64,000 nt of DNA from sequence record MG655269.1; one strand, given 5' to 3'. Under the pieces are notes generated by a model. That model saw nothing but the letters and a program-made list of their open reading frames with translations, was not told the DNA's origin and made no database searches. The translations under genes and the position numbers were made by a program. Positions 37,606 to 50,743 of this stretch are shown piece by piece. Within the stretch, counting starts at the first letter, position 1, and every line of letters starts with the position of its first letter.

Positions 37606-38991
37606 ATGTCTTTACACCAAAAGCTCCTCTCTGCCGGGCTGGAGGCGTTTGATGCGCCTCCGGCTGCTCCGGTAGTAGCGGCAGTAGTACCTGCTCCATT
37701 TGATAACAACGCCCCGGTTAGCGAAGACCCGGAACTGCTTCGTGAAGAGACTGCTGCCCGTTTAGCGCTCGTGTCGATCATCGAAGCGGAACGTGACGAA
37801 GAAGACTCTCGGTCAGCGGTTTATGAACTGCGTCGTCTGTCTGATGGTTTGGAAGGGTTGATGGTTGAGATTCAAAACGTCAACAACCCAGAAGAACCGA
37901 CTGAAGACGAAATGGCGATGTTGAAAGCCACCGCCCAGCAAGTACGTAAAGAGCTGCTGGAAGATGGTGAGCAAGAACTCGTCATCAATGTCGAAAACGG
38001 CATTCTGGTTGGTTCACAGGAAGGTCTGGCTGATGCCCTCAGTAATGTGGCGAAGAAGATCGGTTTTGCATTAGGTAATGCAGCGAAAGGTTTACTGAGC
38101 AAAGGCGAGCAGGCGAAAGCGCCGTTGTCTTATAACCGTAAACTGGCAGCTGAACTGAAAGCGAAAATCGATAAGCTCGGCACGACTGAATTTGACTTTA
38201 CCATGCCAGCTGATCTGGTCCGTCAGATTCGTGTGAGTGATACCGGTCCGGTTGATGCACTCAAAGCAGTAGCAGACTTCCCGGCAGCACTTGAGGCTTG
38301 GTATCTGACCCCTGCTGATGCAGCAATGAACCTGTTTGAAAAACACGCCAACATCGTGCAGGCGATTGCCGGTAGCAAGACTCTCGAAGAGTTCAATACG
38401 AATTATGCGAAACTGAGCTCACTGGCGCCACCGCTGCCTGCAGGCGCTAAACGCCTTGATCCGATTAACACGCGGGATTATATCTTCGACGTTAATGAAC
38501 ATCACCCAAGTATGGGTCGTGTGGCTCGCTACTATTATGTTGCGCGTCCGGATGTGGGTAAAACGCCTGAAGATAAAGCGCTGGATAATGTCATTGCTTT
38601 GGCGCAGTATTCGACCGGGATCTATCCGTTCGATAAGATCTCTAAACGCAAAGCAACTGATGAGCAGGTGAAGTTCAGCGCGGCTGAAGTCAAAGGCTTG
38701 CTGGATGACATGCTGAAAGCGTGTGACGTGGTTGATAAGTACCTTTCACGTCTTGCAGTCGCCAGCACAATGGATAAGCGCTACAACGCTCTGGTTGATT
38801 TACTCAATAGCGACTTGCGTAAACAAGAGTGGTGTTCCACAGAAGTCAACCGCATGGCACGCGTTGCGTTGATCTCAATGGATGCGTATTATTCATACGG
38901 GTTTGCTTATACCAGTCGTGCTTACGAGCTGATGGAGGTGATCGTCAAGTTGGTGAAGAAAGCCGTGTATAAATCTGACCTCAGTAAGTAA
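37606..38991 (+). CDS. Internal head protein paralog
   Basis: Leader LLSAGLE|AFD; acidic propeptide; GSQE site. Confidence 0.72.
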   Translation: MSLHQKLLSAGLEAFDAPPAAPVVAAVVPAPFDNNAPVSEDPELLREETAARLALVSIIEAERDEEDSRSAVYELRRLSDGLEGLMVEIQNVNNPEEPTEDEMAMLKATAQQVRKELLEDGEQELVINVENGILVGSQEGLADALSNVAKKIGFALGNAAKGLLSKGEQAKAPLSYNRKLAAELKAKIDKLGTTEFDFTMPADLVRQIRVSDTGPVDALKAVADFPAALEAWYLTPADAAMNLFEKHANIVQAIAGSKTLEEFNTNYAKLSSLAPPLPAGAKRLDPINTRDYIFDVNEHHPSMGRVARYYYVARPDVGKTPEDKALDNVIALAQYSTGIYPFDKISKRKATDEQVKFSAAEVKGLLDDMLKACDVVDKYLSRLAVASTMDKRYNALVDLLNSDLRKQEWCSTEVNRMARVALISMDAYYSYGFAYTSRAYELMEVIVKLVKKAVYKSDLSK

Positions 38992-39002
38992 ACGGAGAAA
39001 AC

Positions 39003-40373
39003 ATGTCCGCGATTAATGACTTTCTATTTACTGCGGGCATGGAGGGGTTTAACGACCCCTCCTCTATACCGCCCGTTGGTATAGTTGTGCCCTTTTTTGG
39101 TGTTGAGGAGTTCGCCGAAGCGGATGCTGAACAATCTGTACGTATGACAGAGATGAACCAGCAAGCCGAAGCAATTCAACGCCTGCAACAAACGCTGGTC
39201 TACATCAACGCTCACCGCCCAACCTTTGACCGTGAGAACGCCGCTGTCGTGCAGCAAGCGCTGGGTGAAGTACAGGTACTGATGCCTGACATGGAAGACC
39301 CGGTCACCATCATGGGGTCGCTGGAGCATTATACCCCGGCTTACACCAACCACTTGCTTGCGCACGGTATTGAAGGCATTGGTGATAAGATCCTGAGCGT
39401 GGTCAAGAAGATCATCGAACTCTTGAAGAAAGGTTATGCCTTCTTGAGTAAAGCCATCCAGGCAAAGGGTGTGGTCTTCGGTAAACAGAAGCGCGAACTC
39501 GATGAGCTCAATGCATGGTTTAAAGATCAACGCAAAAGCAACGATAAACCCGCTACCACCACCGGTAATGAACCTAAGGTTGTTACGGTCACTGCCCCGA
39601 CCTATCTGTACACCGTCGACAGTAACAAACCGTTAGCGGCGGATCGCTTAGCAAGCGAAGTGGCGAAGTACAACAAATTCCTGCAGGCCTTCTCGGTTGA
39701 TTTCATCCGGGCGCATATTACCCTGGGTGATCTCTGTATTCGCGCGCTGGGCACGCTGGATATTGCCAGTACCAGTAACGAAGAGTTGTTCACCAAGATG
39801 TTTAAGGGTCAGTTTAAATACCAGGCCTCGGGTGCAACGCTGTACACCAAACGCAATGGCGAAATGTGCGATATCGAAACAGTCGGGTTGATTGGTGGGA
39901 TTGGCTTTAAAGCCTCCATCGCGAATATCCTGGTCGCACCGCTTGAGATGACCGCAGACGGCTCTAACCAGCGTAAGTTCTTTAAGCAGATGAACGGGCT
40001 GTATAACTACAGTTTTGTCTCCAAAATAAAAATGGATGGCAGTACGGTGGGTAATACCCCAATCTATGCTTGCAGTCTCGCTGACGCTGAGCGGTTGGTG
40101 AATCAACTTGATATGCTGACCAACTGGATGATTAACAGTCAGCACGACGAAGAGATCCGTGACTTTAATAAACGGGTGACTGAGTGTGTGGATAAGCTGG
40201 CTGATCGTGCTGGTCGTCTGGGTAATGACCGCAGTGATTTTATCACTACTGTGATCAATGCCTTGTCTGGTATCTCCAGTGGTCTGGAAAATGTGTCTCG
40301 TGGCATGAATCAGCAAACGAACACATTGATCAACAACTTGCGTGAGTACGTTACCAAATCCACGAAAGCGTAA
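39003..40373 (+). CDS. Internal head protein paralog
   Basis: Leader LFTAGME|GFN; GSLE and HGIE sites. Confidence 0.72.
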   Translation: MSAINDFLFTAGMEGFNDPSSIPPVGIVVPFFGVEEFAEADAEQSVRMTEMNQQAEAIQRLQQTLVYINAHRPTFDRENAAVVQQALGEVQVLMPDMEDPVTIMGSLEHYTPAYTNHLLAHGIEGIGDKILSVVKKIIELLKKGYAFLSKAIQAKGVVFGKQKRELDELNAWFKDQRKSNDKPATTTGNEPKVVTVTAPTYLYTVDSNKPLAADRLASEVAKYNKFLQAFSVDFIRAHITLGDLCIRALGTLDIASTSNEELFTKMFKGQFKYQASGATLYTKRNGEMCDIETVGLIGGIGFKASIANILVAPLEMTADGSNQRKFFKQMNGLYNYSFVSKIKMDGSTVGNTPIYACSLADAERLVNQLDMLTNWMINSQHDEEIRDFNKRVTECVDKLADRAGRLGNDRSDFITTVINALSGISSGLENVSRGMNQQTNTLINNLREYVTKSTKA

Positions 40374-40466
40374 ATTATTATATGTGTTAATGGCCCTGCA
40401 GGAAACGCGGGGCCTTATCACAATACGATCGTATTTAATTTCATGAAATTAAGGTAGAGACTCACT

Positions 40467-41822
40467 ATGTCTATTCAAGCATTTTTAAACCTCGGCGCCG
40501 AGGCTTTCGAAGACGCACCGGTTGTTGAAGAAGCACCGGTTGTAGTTGTTGCACCAGTACCAGAAGAAGTGATCGAGCTGATTGCCGAGCGTGATGATTC
40601 GAACATCGCCCTGGCTATTGCTCAGGATGCGGCGGCAATGTCTGCTGCTGAGCGTCAGGTGGAAGAGTTTGCTTCCGCAATCGAGCGCGTTGAAAATGTC
40701 CAGGCATCAATGGAGCACTTCATCGAAGCGGGCCTGTCGCAGAAATCAGCAATGATGCTGCATCGCCAGATCTCAACAGTTATGGCATCTGTCGGCAAGG
40801 ATGGCAGCGCCATCGGTGGCGGTCTGGAAAACTTCGACAACGAAGAAGCCAGCATTGCACTGCTGACCGCTGGTCTGGAAGCACTGGATGCCGAGAAAGC
40901 CGATCTGTCCTCCCGTGCCGGTGCATCTATTGCCGGTATCGCTGGTAACATTAAAAGCTTTCTGGGCAACATCAGTACTCAGGCCGGTCGTTATAAACTG
41001 CGTGCTGAAGCGATCGTTAAATCTGCTGACGGCGCTGAAGCCAAGTCCGGTACTGTTGAAGTAAAAGATAAACACCTGGTTGTAAAAGGTGGCAATCCAT
41101 CAACTAACCTGAAAGGCGATCTGGGTAACTTCAGCAAGCTGGTTGGTGCGGCAATCGCTACCTTCATCGAAGGCGATATCGTTAAAGAAGGCAGCGCCCT
41201 GGCAAAAGCTGGCGAGACCATCATTAAAGCGACTACCGCTGATGTGGCAGTGAAAGCTGCAATGGGTGTGAAACACAATCCATTCCCGGGCGCAACCATC
41301 GCAGTGCAGGACAAAGACACCTTCAGTATCAAACGTACTGAAGTGGTTCTCGGCGGCTATGCGGTATTCGATCTGCAATATAAAGCCACCGGCGGCGAAG
41401 GTGCTGAAGCAGCTGTTGCGCATCTGAATGCACTGAGCAAAAACCGCGTTACTCTTCGTCAGGCTCCAGTTGAAGCTGGTAGCGAGAAAGTATTCTCTGC
41501 CACTATGTCTCCGGCCGATGGCGCAGCACTGGCGAAAGATGTTATCGCAATGCTGGACAACATCACAGCGGTCAATAACCGTAGCCTGGGTGCGGTAAGT
41601 GGCGCACTGGCCCGTCTGGGTACCAGCGCTGTGTTGAAAGGCGCTGTGGCGAAAGACGCAGACAAAGACGTGAAGAAAATTGCTGGCGCCATGGGTAAAA
41701 CCCTGGTTGGTTCTATCCAGGCTGTTAACAGTCTGCCACGCGATGCCCTGAGCGCTGCGCTGAAAGTGTCTGATGCTGTACTGAAAGTTGCTAAGAAAGC
41801 TGCTGCAGGTCAAGTAGACTAA
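40467..41822 (+). CDS. Internal head protein paralog (probably high copy)
   Basis: Leader FLNLGAE|AFE; ASME, GGLE and AGLE sites; codon usage typical of highly expressed genes; own structured leader. Confidence 0.75.
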   Translation: MSIQAFLNLGAEAFEDAPVVEEAPVVVVAPVPEEVIELIAERDDSNIALAIAQDAAAMSAAERQVEEFASAIERVENVQASMEHFIEAGLSQKSAMMLHRQISTVMASVGKDGSAIGGGLENFDNEEASIALLTAGLEALDAEKADLSSRAGASIAGIAGNIKSFLGNISTQAGRYKLRAEAIVKSADGAEAKSGTVEVKDKHLVVKGGNPSTNLKGDLGNFSKLVGAAIATFIEGDIVKEGSALAKAGETIIKATTADVAVKAAMGVKHNPFPGATIAVQDKDTFSIKRTEVVLGGYAVFDLQYKATGGEGAEAAVAHLNALSKNRVTLRQAPVEAGSEKVFSATMSPADGAALAKDVIAMLDNITAVNNRSLGAVSGALARLGTSAVLKGAVAKDADKDVKKIAGAMGKTLVGSIQAVNSLPRDALSAALKVSDAVLKVAKKAAAGQVD

Positions 41823-41842
41823 TCGAGTAACTTGATAACCTT

Positions 41843-41876
41843 AGGGGGAGAGGGGTTTCCCTCTCCTCTTATACCG
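41843..41876 (+). terminator. Hairpin with TTATACC tail
   Basis: GGAGAGGG-GTTT-CCCTCTCC followed by TCTTATACCG. Confidence 0.7.
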
Positions 41877-41893
41877 ACCAAGAAGGTGAATGC

Positions 41894-44236
41894 ATGTCAA
41901 CCATGACAGAACTGGGTCCGTCACAAGGCACACTCCTTGCCGATGAGAAAGCAGTACACGATGACGCGGCCACCGAAGCCACCGAAGTTGCACTCCACGT
42001 ATTAAAGAAGATTGGTAAGAAGAAAGAGAAAGATGACGAGGATGAAGAGGTCGTGCTCTCCTTTGGTAGCGAAGGCTATGCCATGCTCACCAGTATGTCA
42101 TTTGATCTGACTGAGAACTCCGATCTGGCCGTACAGGAACTCCTGGATAAGATCACCACCATCGTCATTGAAGCAAATGGCAATCTCACGCAGACCGATC
42201 TGGAGAAGATCAAGAGTGTGGGGAATGAGTCGTTGTTAGGCGATGGGAATGAAGACTATAAAGAAGTCGTCACCATGGTCATGAAACGGATCATGCAATT
42301 CATTCGCTGGGCGATCAACCAAGGTAAGGAAGGGATCAAGCGGGTTGCTGACCGCCTGAGTCGTCTGAGCGTGAAGACGATGTATGTTGAGCGTAAGATC
42401 GATATCTCCACTGACAACTCATTGCCGACTGACAAGTTTGTGTTACCGCGCAGCTATCCGATGCTGATGATGGCGAACAAACCGCCGGCCAATGCCATGG
42501 AAGTGATCAACGCCGTCAACCGCACCAAGTATCTCTTCACTACGCTACATAACGACTACCAAGGCTTCCAGACGTTGTTTAAGACGGCGGTGTCAACTGG
42601 TTCACGGGCTGACACCTTAGAGATGATCAACAACTATCTCAACGGTCTGATCAGTAAGCTCTCAGCACGCCCTAACCCACTGTTCGATAACCGCAATACC
42701 TTTAACCAGTTACCGGGTGGATATCGTCTGGTGTTCTCAGAAGGTCAGTCGTTTGCGGATTGCGGGGCAACGATCCTGCGTACGCCGGAGAAATACGAAG
42801 CCGCACCGGCTGTTCAGCGTCCAGATAAAGCGAGCCTGGTACGGTTGGTCAGTGAGATCAAAACCTACCTGCGGGTGATTAACGAAGTTTACGGTAAAGT
42901 CTCCAGTCGGTTGGAGGTTGATTTCCGTAACATCGTGAAAGCCGCTGAGAAAGAAGTGAAGGGGTTTGATTCAACAGCAGATATCCGCACTGCCTCAACC
43001 ACCATCGAGTGGTTCACCGAACAGCAGTCACGTCTGTATACCCGCTCAATGATGCTCTCTTGTACGGTATTGAATGCCGCACTTGATTACTGTCTGGGTG
43101 CCATTGGGGCGAAACCGGCTGCCGGTACCGAAAGCTTTGATATCCTTGATACCTCATCAATGGGTTATGCGATCGAGTCGCTGGGTGAGCAAATGGAACG
43201 GCTTGATGCTGGGTTATGTGAGTTGGAGATTGATACCCGTACTATGCAGTCGATCACCGATGTTAAAGAGATGGTAGATGTCGATAACGATCATGTTATC
43301 CAGCTTCTGATGCAACAGCGCCCAAGCAGCTATTTCAATCCACCGGATGGACTGTCAGAGTACTCGCTGGGTGATGCCTTTAACGGCAGTGCTACGGTAC
43401 GTTATATTGGCAGGCGCTTAACCAGCATCGTTAACCTCACGAATCAGCTTTCAGGCACCACGGATTTGATGAAAGGGTTATTGGCTGAAATGCCAACGGG
43501 CGAGATCAAGCCAGGCAGTGATGCGGATGTGATCGAGCGTAACTCGTTGCTTGACCGGGAGATGTTTGAAGGCCATCCCCTGTGTGCGTTCCTGCATCGG
43601 GTAGACCGGGAAGGTATCTACGCCACCGATGTGATTCGTTATGTTACTGACACCTATGAGAAGCTGCGTCAAGTGCGCACGACTCTGGCGGTTCAGGCTG
43701 AGCAGATGACACTAACAGTGGCTGATGGCGAGATGAACGTGAGCTTGTTGAAAGAGTTCCTGTTTAACGCCCCTCAGGAGCCCTTCACGGACAGCGTGCT
43801 CTGTGGTGGATTCAGACTACAACCTGTAGCAGAAAAGCTCGGAGAACTCGTTATACACGGTGCTGTGATGGATTCCCCTCCACCACTGAAACCGATGACG
43901 ACTATCCATCGCCCAAGCTACGACGAGTATAATGGTGTCAACCAGCTGGCAAGCCTGTTCGGTAATGAACTGCGGGAACTGGCTAAGATCGCAGAGCGGC
44001 TACAAATCGGCACAGGGTATTTGCGCTACATCACAACCTCAGTAGCGGACAACCTCAATGAGGATGGCTTGAAAGGGGGTGGTGATGGTTGGTTCAATAC
44101 TGCACTTGAGTACTTGGCGGTGTCAGCACGCCAGTATCGCTGGATGTATCGCCTAACTGTTCAGTTGGCGGTGTATGAACACACCATGATCAATGCCCTG
44201 CGTCACTACAACAACTCAGGAGGCTGGCATGACTGA
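41894..44236 (+). CDS. Large head protein, possible two-module polyprotein
   Basis: 780 aa; FGSE and VGNE sites in the N-terminal region; internal AGTE|SFD and YAIE|S sites near the middle. Confidence 0.65.
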   Translation: MSTMTELGPSQGTLLADEKAVHDDAATEATEVALHVLKKIGKKKEKDDEDEEVVLSFGSEGYAMLTSMSFDLTENSDLAVQELLDKITTIVIEANGNLTQTDLEKIKSVGNESLLGDGNEDYKEVVTMVMKRIMQFIRWAINQGKEGIKRVADRLSRLSVKTMYVERKIDISTDNSLPTDKFVLPRSYPMLMMANKPPANAMEVINAVNRTKYLFTTLHNDYQGFQTLFKTAVSTGSRADTLEMINNYLNGLISKLSARPNPLFDNRNTFNQLPGGYRLVFSEGQSFADCGATILRTPEKYEAAPAVQRPDKASLVRLVSEIKTYLRVINEVYGKVSSRLEVDFRNIVKAAEKEVKGFDSTADIRTASTTIEWFTEQQSRLYTRSMMLSCTVLNAALDYCLGAIGAKPAAGTESFDILDTSSMGYAIESLGEQMERLDAGLCELEIDTRTMQSITDVKEMVDVDNDHVIQLLMQQRPSSYFNPPDGLSEYSLGDAFNGSATVRYIGRRLTSIVNLTNQLSGTTDLMKGLLAEMPTGEIKPGSDADVIERNSLLDREMFEGHPLCAFLHRVDREGIYATDVIRYVTDTYEKLRQVRTTLAVQAEQMTLTVADGEMNVSLLKEFLFNAPQEPFTDSVLCGGFRLQPVAEKLGELVIHGAVMDSPPPLKPMTTIHRPSYDEYNGVNQLASLFGNELRELAKIAERLQIGTGYLRYITTSVADNLNEDGLKGGGDGWFNTALEYLAVSARQYRWMYRLTVQLAVYEHTMINALRHYNNSGGWHD

Positions 44237-44576
44237 TAACAGTAACAAGGCGTTGTATAATGCAGCGCGCTTGCCTGTTCTTTACGAGTACCCGCATGAC
44301 TTCACCCCGTATGCCCGTTTACTGGCTAACGAGAAGCAAGGCGCACAACCTTCGCAGGCGTTTGCTGAGATGCTGGCTAAGGTAACGGGTGATCCCTGGA
44401 CACTGACCCCTAAGCAACCGTATACCCTGTACGGTGCCAAGGTGACGTTGATTGGTGAGAACCAGCCCAACTTCCCAACCAGTAAACGGTTTCCTTACGT
44501 CCTGGTGTTGCAGTTGAGTACCAGGTATCAAGAACGCAAGTTATACCTGAGCTTTAAGATCTTGAAATCGAGCTGA
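44229..44576 (+). CDS. Hypothetical virion-associated protein
   Basis: GGAGG RBS before ATG 44229, overlapping the upstream stop. Confidence 0.6.
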   Translation: MTDNSNKALYNAARLPVLYEYPHDFTPYARLLANEKQGAQPSQAFAEMLAKVTGDPWTLTPKQPYTLYGAKVTLIGENQPNFPTSKRFPYVLVLQLSTRYQERKLYLSFKILKSS

Positions 44577-44613
44577 GCATAAGGAGAGGGCAAACGCCCT
44601 CTCCTCTATGCCG
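44577..44613. terminator. Bidirectional terminator
   Basis: GCATAA-GGAGAGGGC-AAAC-GCCCTCTCC-TCTATGCCG. Confidence 0.8.
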
Positions 44614-45315
44614 TTATGCTTGTGGTGCTTCGCCACTGCCATCAGCTGGCGTGGTTTCATCTTCACTGAACGTATTGGGAATACGAGGCAGATCACCAAT
44701 CACAGTTGCGGAGGTTACCGCGTTCTTGAAAGTCCAGTAACGCTCAAGGTACGCATTATAAGACTCCAGCAGACGCTCAACCACGTCGATCACTTCAACC
44801 GGTAAGAGTTCAACCATTTGACCGTCAACAGTACGCAGACGAAATTTGGTTTCATCGGAGGCCCCGACGCGTTTCTCACCGACCACACGCATGCCCATCA
44901 GGTTAGCGCGTTCTTCAGCAGTCATCACCACTTTATAGTCTGTGCTTTCATGAGTAAATGCAATGCCGTTGTTAAGATCATTACTGATGATCTCTTTGGC
45001 ACTTTGCAGTGACATGTCTTTACCCATTGCCAGGTTGGCTGCGAGCTCTTCTTCATTATAAGCCCGCACATCCCAGAATTGGTAATAAAGACCGTCATCA
45101 CCTTTAACCGGTGTACCTTCGGTCACCACATCGCCATCCGGTCGATCAACCATGTTGACCATGGCGTAAGGACGAGGAAGGTTCAGCAGCTTCTCAGACT
45201 CGATGGTGCTACCCCAGCTGGTCTGCATGTTGTCCTGACGGGCATCATACATGTACTTCGGGTAAGCCATATCCTCGATACGGACGAGGGGTGTAGAATT
45301 CGTTACTGTAGTCAT
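44614..45315 (-). CDS. Tail fibre assembly/chaperone-like protein (DUF4376-like C-terminus)
   Basis: Directly downstream of the fibre gene; PDGDVVTEGTPV...YQFWDVR segment and helical C-terminus typical of phage fibre-associated proteins. Confidence 0.55.
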   Translation of the reverse strand: MTTVTNSTPLVRIEDMAYPKYMYDARQDNMQTSWGSTIESEKLLNLPRPYAMVNMVDRPDGDVVTEGTPVKGDDGLYYQFWDVRAYNEEELAANLAMGKDMSLQSAKEIISNDLNNGIAFTHESTDYKVVMTAEERANLMGMRVVGEKRVGASDETKFRLRTVDGQMVELLPVEVIDVVERLLESYNAYLERYWTFKNAVTSATVIGDLPRIPNTFSEDETTPADGSGEAPQA

Positions 45316-45363
45316 TACGACTCCTTGAAGAATGCTGGGGCTTTCACCCCAGCACAGACGCCG

Positions 45364-48462
<3,099 letters not shown>

Positions 48463-48521
48463 TACAAACCTCTTTTAGTAACTATATTGCTGTTTAGTGT
48501 AAACGGGTTCACACTCGTGTG

Positions 48522-49055
48522 TTATGCCACGCTTTCAAGCTTCAGTGGCTGGCCGTCTTCAGTTGTGAGCCATTGACCACTTTCAGTCAGCAGGACAGGC
48601 TGCTGCGTCGCACCGGTGTTAATCAGTACCGCAAGGGTACCTTCATAGACGAGGCTACCTTGGAAGACGATGTCGTGCATGATACGACCTTCGCTGTCCG
48701 TGTTGTTCGCGTCAATGGTGCGATCTGAAATGTCATTGGCTGTGACCTGCAAGCCGTAACGACCGTTTAACGTCGCCAGCAGATCTTTAGTTGTGGATGG
48801 AGTACTAACAGTGAGTTCTGGAACAATGCCAAAAAACAACGTCGATACCTTGAGTCGGTCGAGGTTGACGATATTGCTCCCAACGTACCCTTTGTCAGCT
48901 ACAGCAATAACAGGGATGTCGGTATCGCGTTTACCCGCTCCTGTCACTGGCGTAGGGACACCAAAGTTAATTTGATCAGCCTGGATAGTAAGATTATTAT
49001 CCTGGTTAATTTGATCAACGATGATTTGGGCCGATGGCTGATTCAGGATGGTCAT
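48522..49055 (-). CDS. Virion structural protein, possible fibre anchor/adaptor
   Basis: GGAG RBS; 177 aa; C-terminal LLTESGQWLTTEDGQPLKLES motif; immediately upstream of the fibre gene. Confidence 0.6.
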   Translation of the reverse strand: MTILNQPSAQIIVDQINQDNNLTIQADQINFGVPTPVTGAGKRDTDIPVIAVADKGYVGSNIVNLDRLKVSTLFFGIVPELTVSTPSTTKDLLATLNGRYGLQVTANDISDRTIDANNTDSEGRIMHDIVFQGSLVYEGTLAVLINTGATQQPVLLTESGQWLTTEDGQPLKLESVA

Positions 49056-49186
49056 ACTTTTCTCCCGTAAGCGCCGTTTCTGATAATCATATAATAATTT
49101 CTTTTCTACAAAACTAACCTAATCAAATAGGTATTCTGTGGTGAAATCGTATAGACATTAAAAGAAAGGGGATTGAGGATTACATC

Positions 49187-50743
49187 ATGCCCATTGTGAC
49201 TGAAGCTACACCTGAGCAACACAAGTCGATTATTCGCCCGGTGGTCATTGAAGTCGTCAACCAAATTCTGCCTGTCATGCGCTTAAGCAATGACGACGAA
49301 TTGATCTTCAATGGTTTTGCGGATATTGCCATGTTGTCAAATTCCATGATCGGTGTGAACCGTAACCCTGACTCGCCCATTCGTCCACCGGGTCCAAGTC
49401 AGATCATGGTTAATATCGAGGAGAGTGCAACCAGCACCACCTCGCCTGAGATGGCAGTGCTTTATCCCGAGAACCGGTTTATCATGCGTGATGCTCGCCT
49501 GGGGATTGGTATACGTCCGGTTCGTAAACGCACCTTACTCAACATCACCTTTAATAAACGTTTCCGCTCCAAAGCCGCCGCTGACCGCTGGCATTCCAAC
49601 ATGGAACAGTTGATGGCCCGTTATGTGCAGGATTATATCCACACCCTGGATTACCACTACAACATCCCCGACGGTATGCTGGTGATGCTCAGTGAGTTCT
49701 GGAAGCTGCGTGAAGCACAAGCGCCGTATAACCAGAACTTCGGTGAATGGCTCTCCTCGTGCATGGCGCCGTACCAGACGGTCACCACTAACCAGGCGGG
49801 TAAACAAGCACAGTTGTCATTTGCTGAATCGTTAGATAACGTGCAGGGATGGTGGGATTTCGATGTGGTACCCTACCCGGTCCGTGAGAACACCCGTGGG
49901 AACTGGCAAGTCACCTTCGATTACAAAGTCGAATTTGATAAGGTGATTGAGTTGGTGATGAACTACCCGATCATCATTCATAACCAGATGCTTCCCCCGG
50001 AGATGATCCCTCAGCCACGCTTGCCGAGCTATCGCAACAAGGTATATCAGAAGAACGCGATGATGTATCGGGCCGAAGCCGTGCAACAGGAAGTAGAACC
50101 AGCAAACTACAGCCTGCGTGATTACCTGTGCTACCCGGTGTACGACGACTGGATACCGGAATACATCCCGCCGTATCAGATCGTGCAATACACTGCCCAG
50201 CTTGCTGTTGATCCGGCTGACCTGCGGTTGGTGGTTAACTTAAAAGAGTTGGGGGATTATGAGTTCACAGGAGCGGCGTTGGAGTACTTGCGCTATGTGA
50301 AGAACCGGGCTTTCGTCAATACCCGTTCGGTGATTCAGCTGAAGGTGTATGAAGAGGATGTGCTGATCGATTCGGAGAAGCTCACCCTGGACAGTAACCT
50401 GGATGTGCACTGCGCCTTTGATCTGAACCTGCGTAAATCTTACCACATCATGGTCACCATCGACTCCGACCTGGCAAAACTGTCTGAACAGACCGTCAGT
50501 GAGTTAAAAGAAGATGGCTGGTTTACTGAGAATGTCTTGCAGGTGATCTACCCGCAGTATCTCAATACGCCGGTTTGGCCAAAACCCAATGACCGGGGGA
50601 CGATCTCTGATCTTGCCTGGGATCGGTTTGTGGCGGCACTCTACCCGACCAACCAGTGGTACCGCAAGCCGGACATCGCCCAGCTAACGATTGGACAGTT
50701 TACCATTCTTGCTAAGAAGAGAAACGATCATGGCTATCGCTAA
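49187..50743 (+). CDS. Conserved virion structural protein (neck/tail completion candidate)
   Basis: GAGGA RBS; 518 aa; first gene of a structural operon. Confidence 0.6.
   Translation: MPIVTEATPEQHKSIIRPVVIEVVNQILPVMRLSNDDELIFNGFADIAMLSNSMIGVNRNPDSPIRPPGPSQIMVNIEESATSTTSPEMAVLYPENRFIMRDARLGIGIRPVRKRTLLNITFNKRFRSKAAADRWHSNMEQLMARYVQDYIHTLDYHYNIPDGMLVMLSEFWKLREAQAPYNQNFGEWLSSCMAPYQTVTTNQAGKQAQLSFAESLDNVQGWWDFDVVPYPVRENTRGNWQVTFDYKVEFDKVIELVMNYPIIIHNQMLPPEMIPQPRLPSYRNKVYQKNAMMYRAEAVQQEVEPANYSLRDYLCYPVYDDWIPEYIPPYQIVQYTAQLAVDPADLRLVVNLKELGDYEFTGAALEYLRYVKNRAFVNTRSVIQLKVYEEDVLIDSEKLTLDSNLDVHCAFDLNLRKSYHIMVTIDSDLAKLSEQTVSELKEDGWFTENVLQVIYPQYLNTPVWPKPNDRGTISDLAWDRFVAALYPTNQWYRKPDIAQLTIGQFTILAKKRNDHGYR

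Noticed and set aside
41100-41813. 237-aa minus-strand ORF (also 27001..27561 and 39648..40421)
   Set aside because: Shadows of head genes with strong codon bias; no recognisable motifs.
48463-48521. Stop-codon readthrough fusing the 177-aa gene to the collagen fibre
   Set aside because: The spacer is 59 nt (out of frame), and the fibre has its own GAGG RBS.
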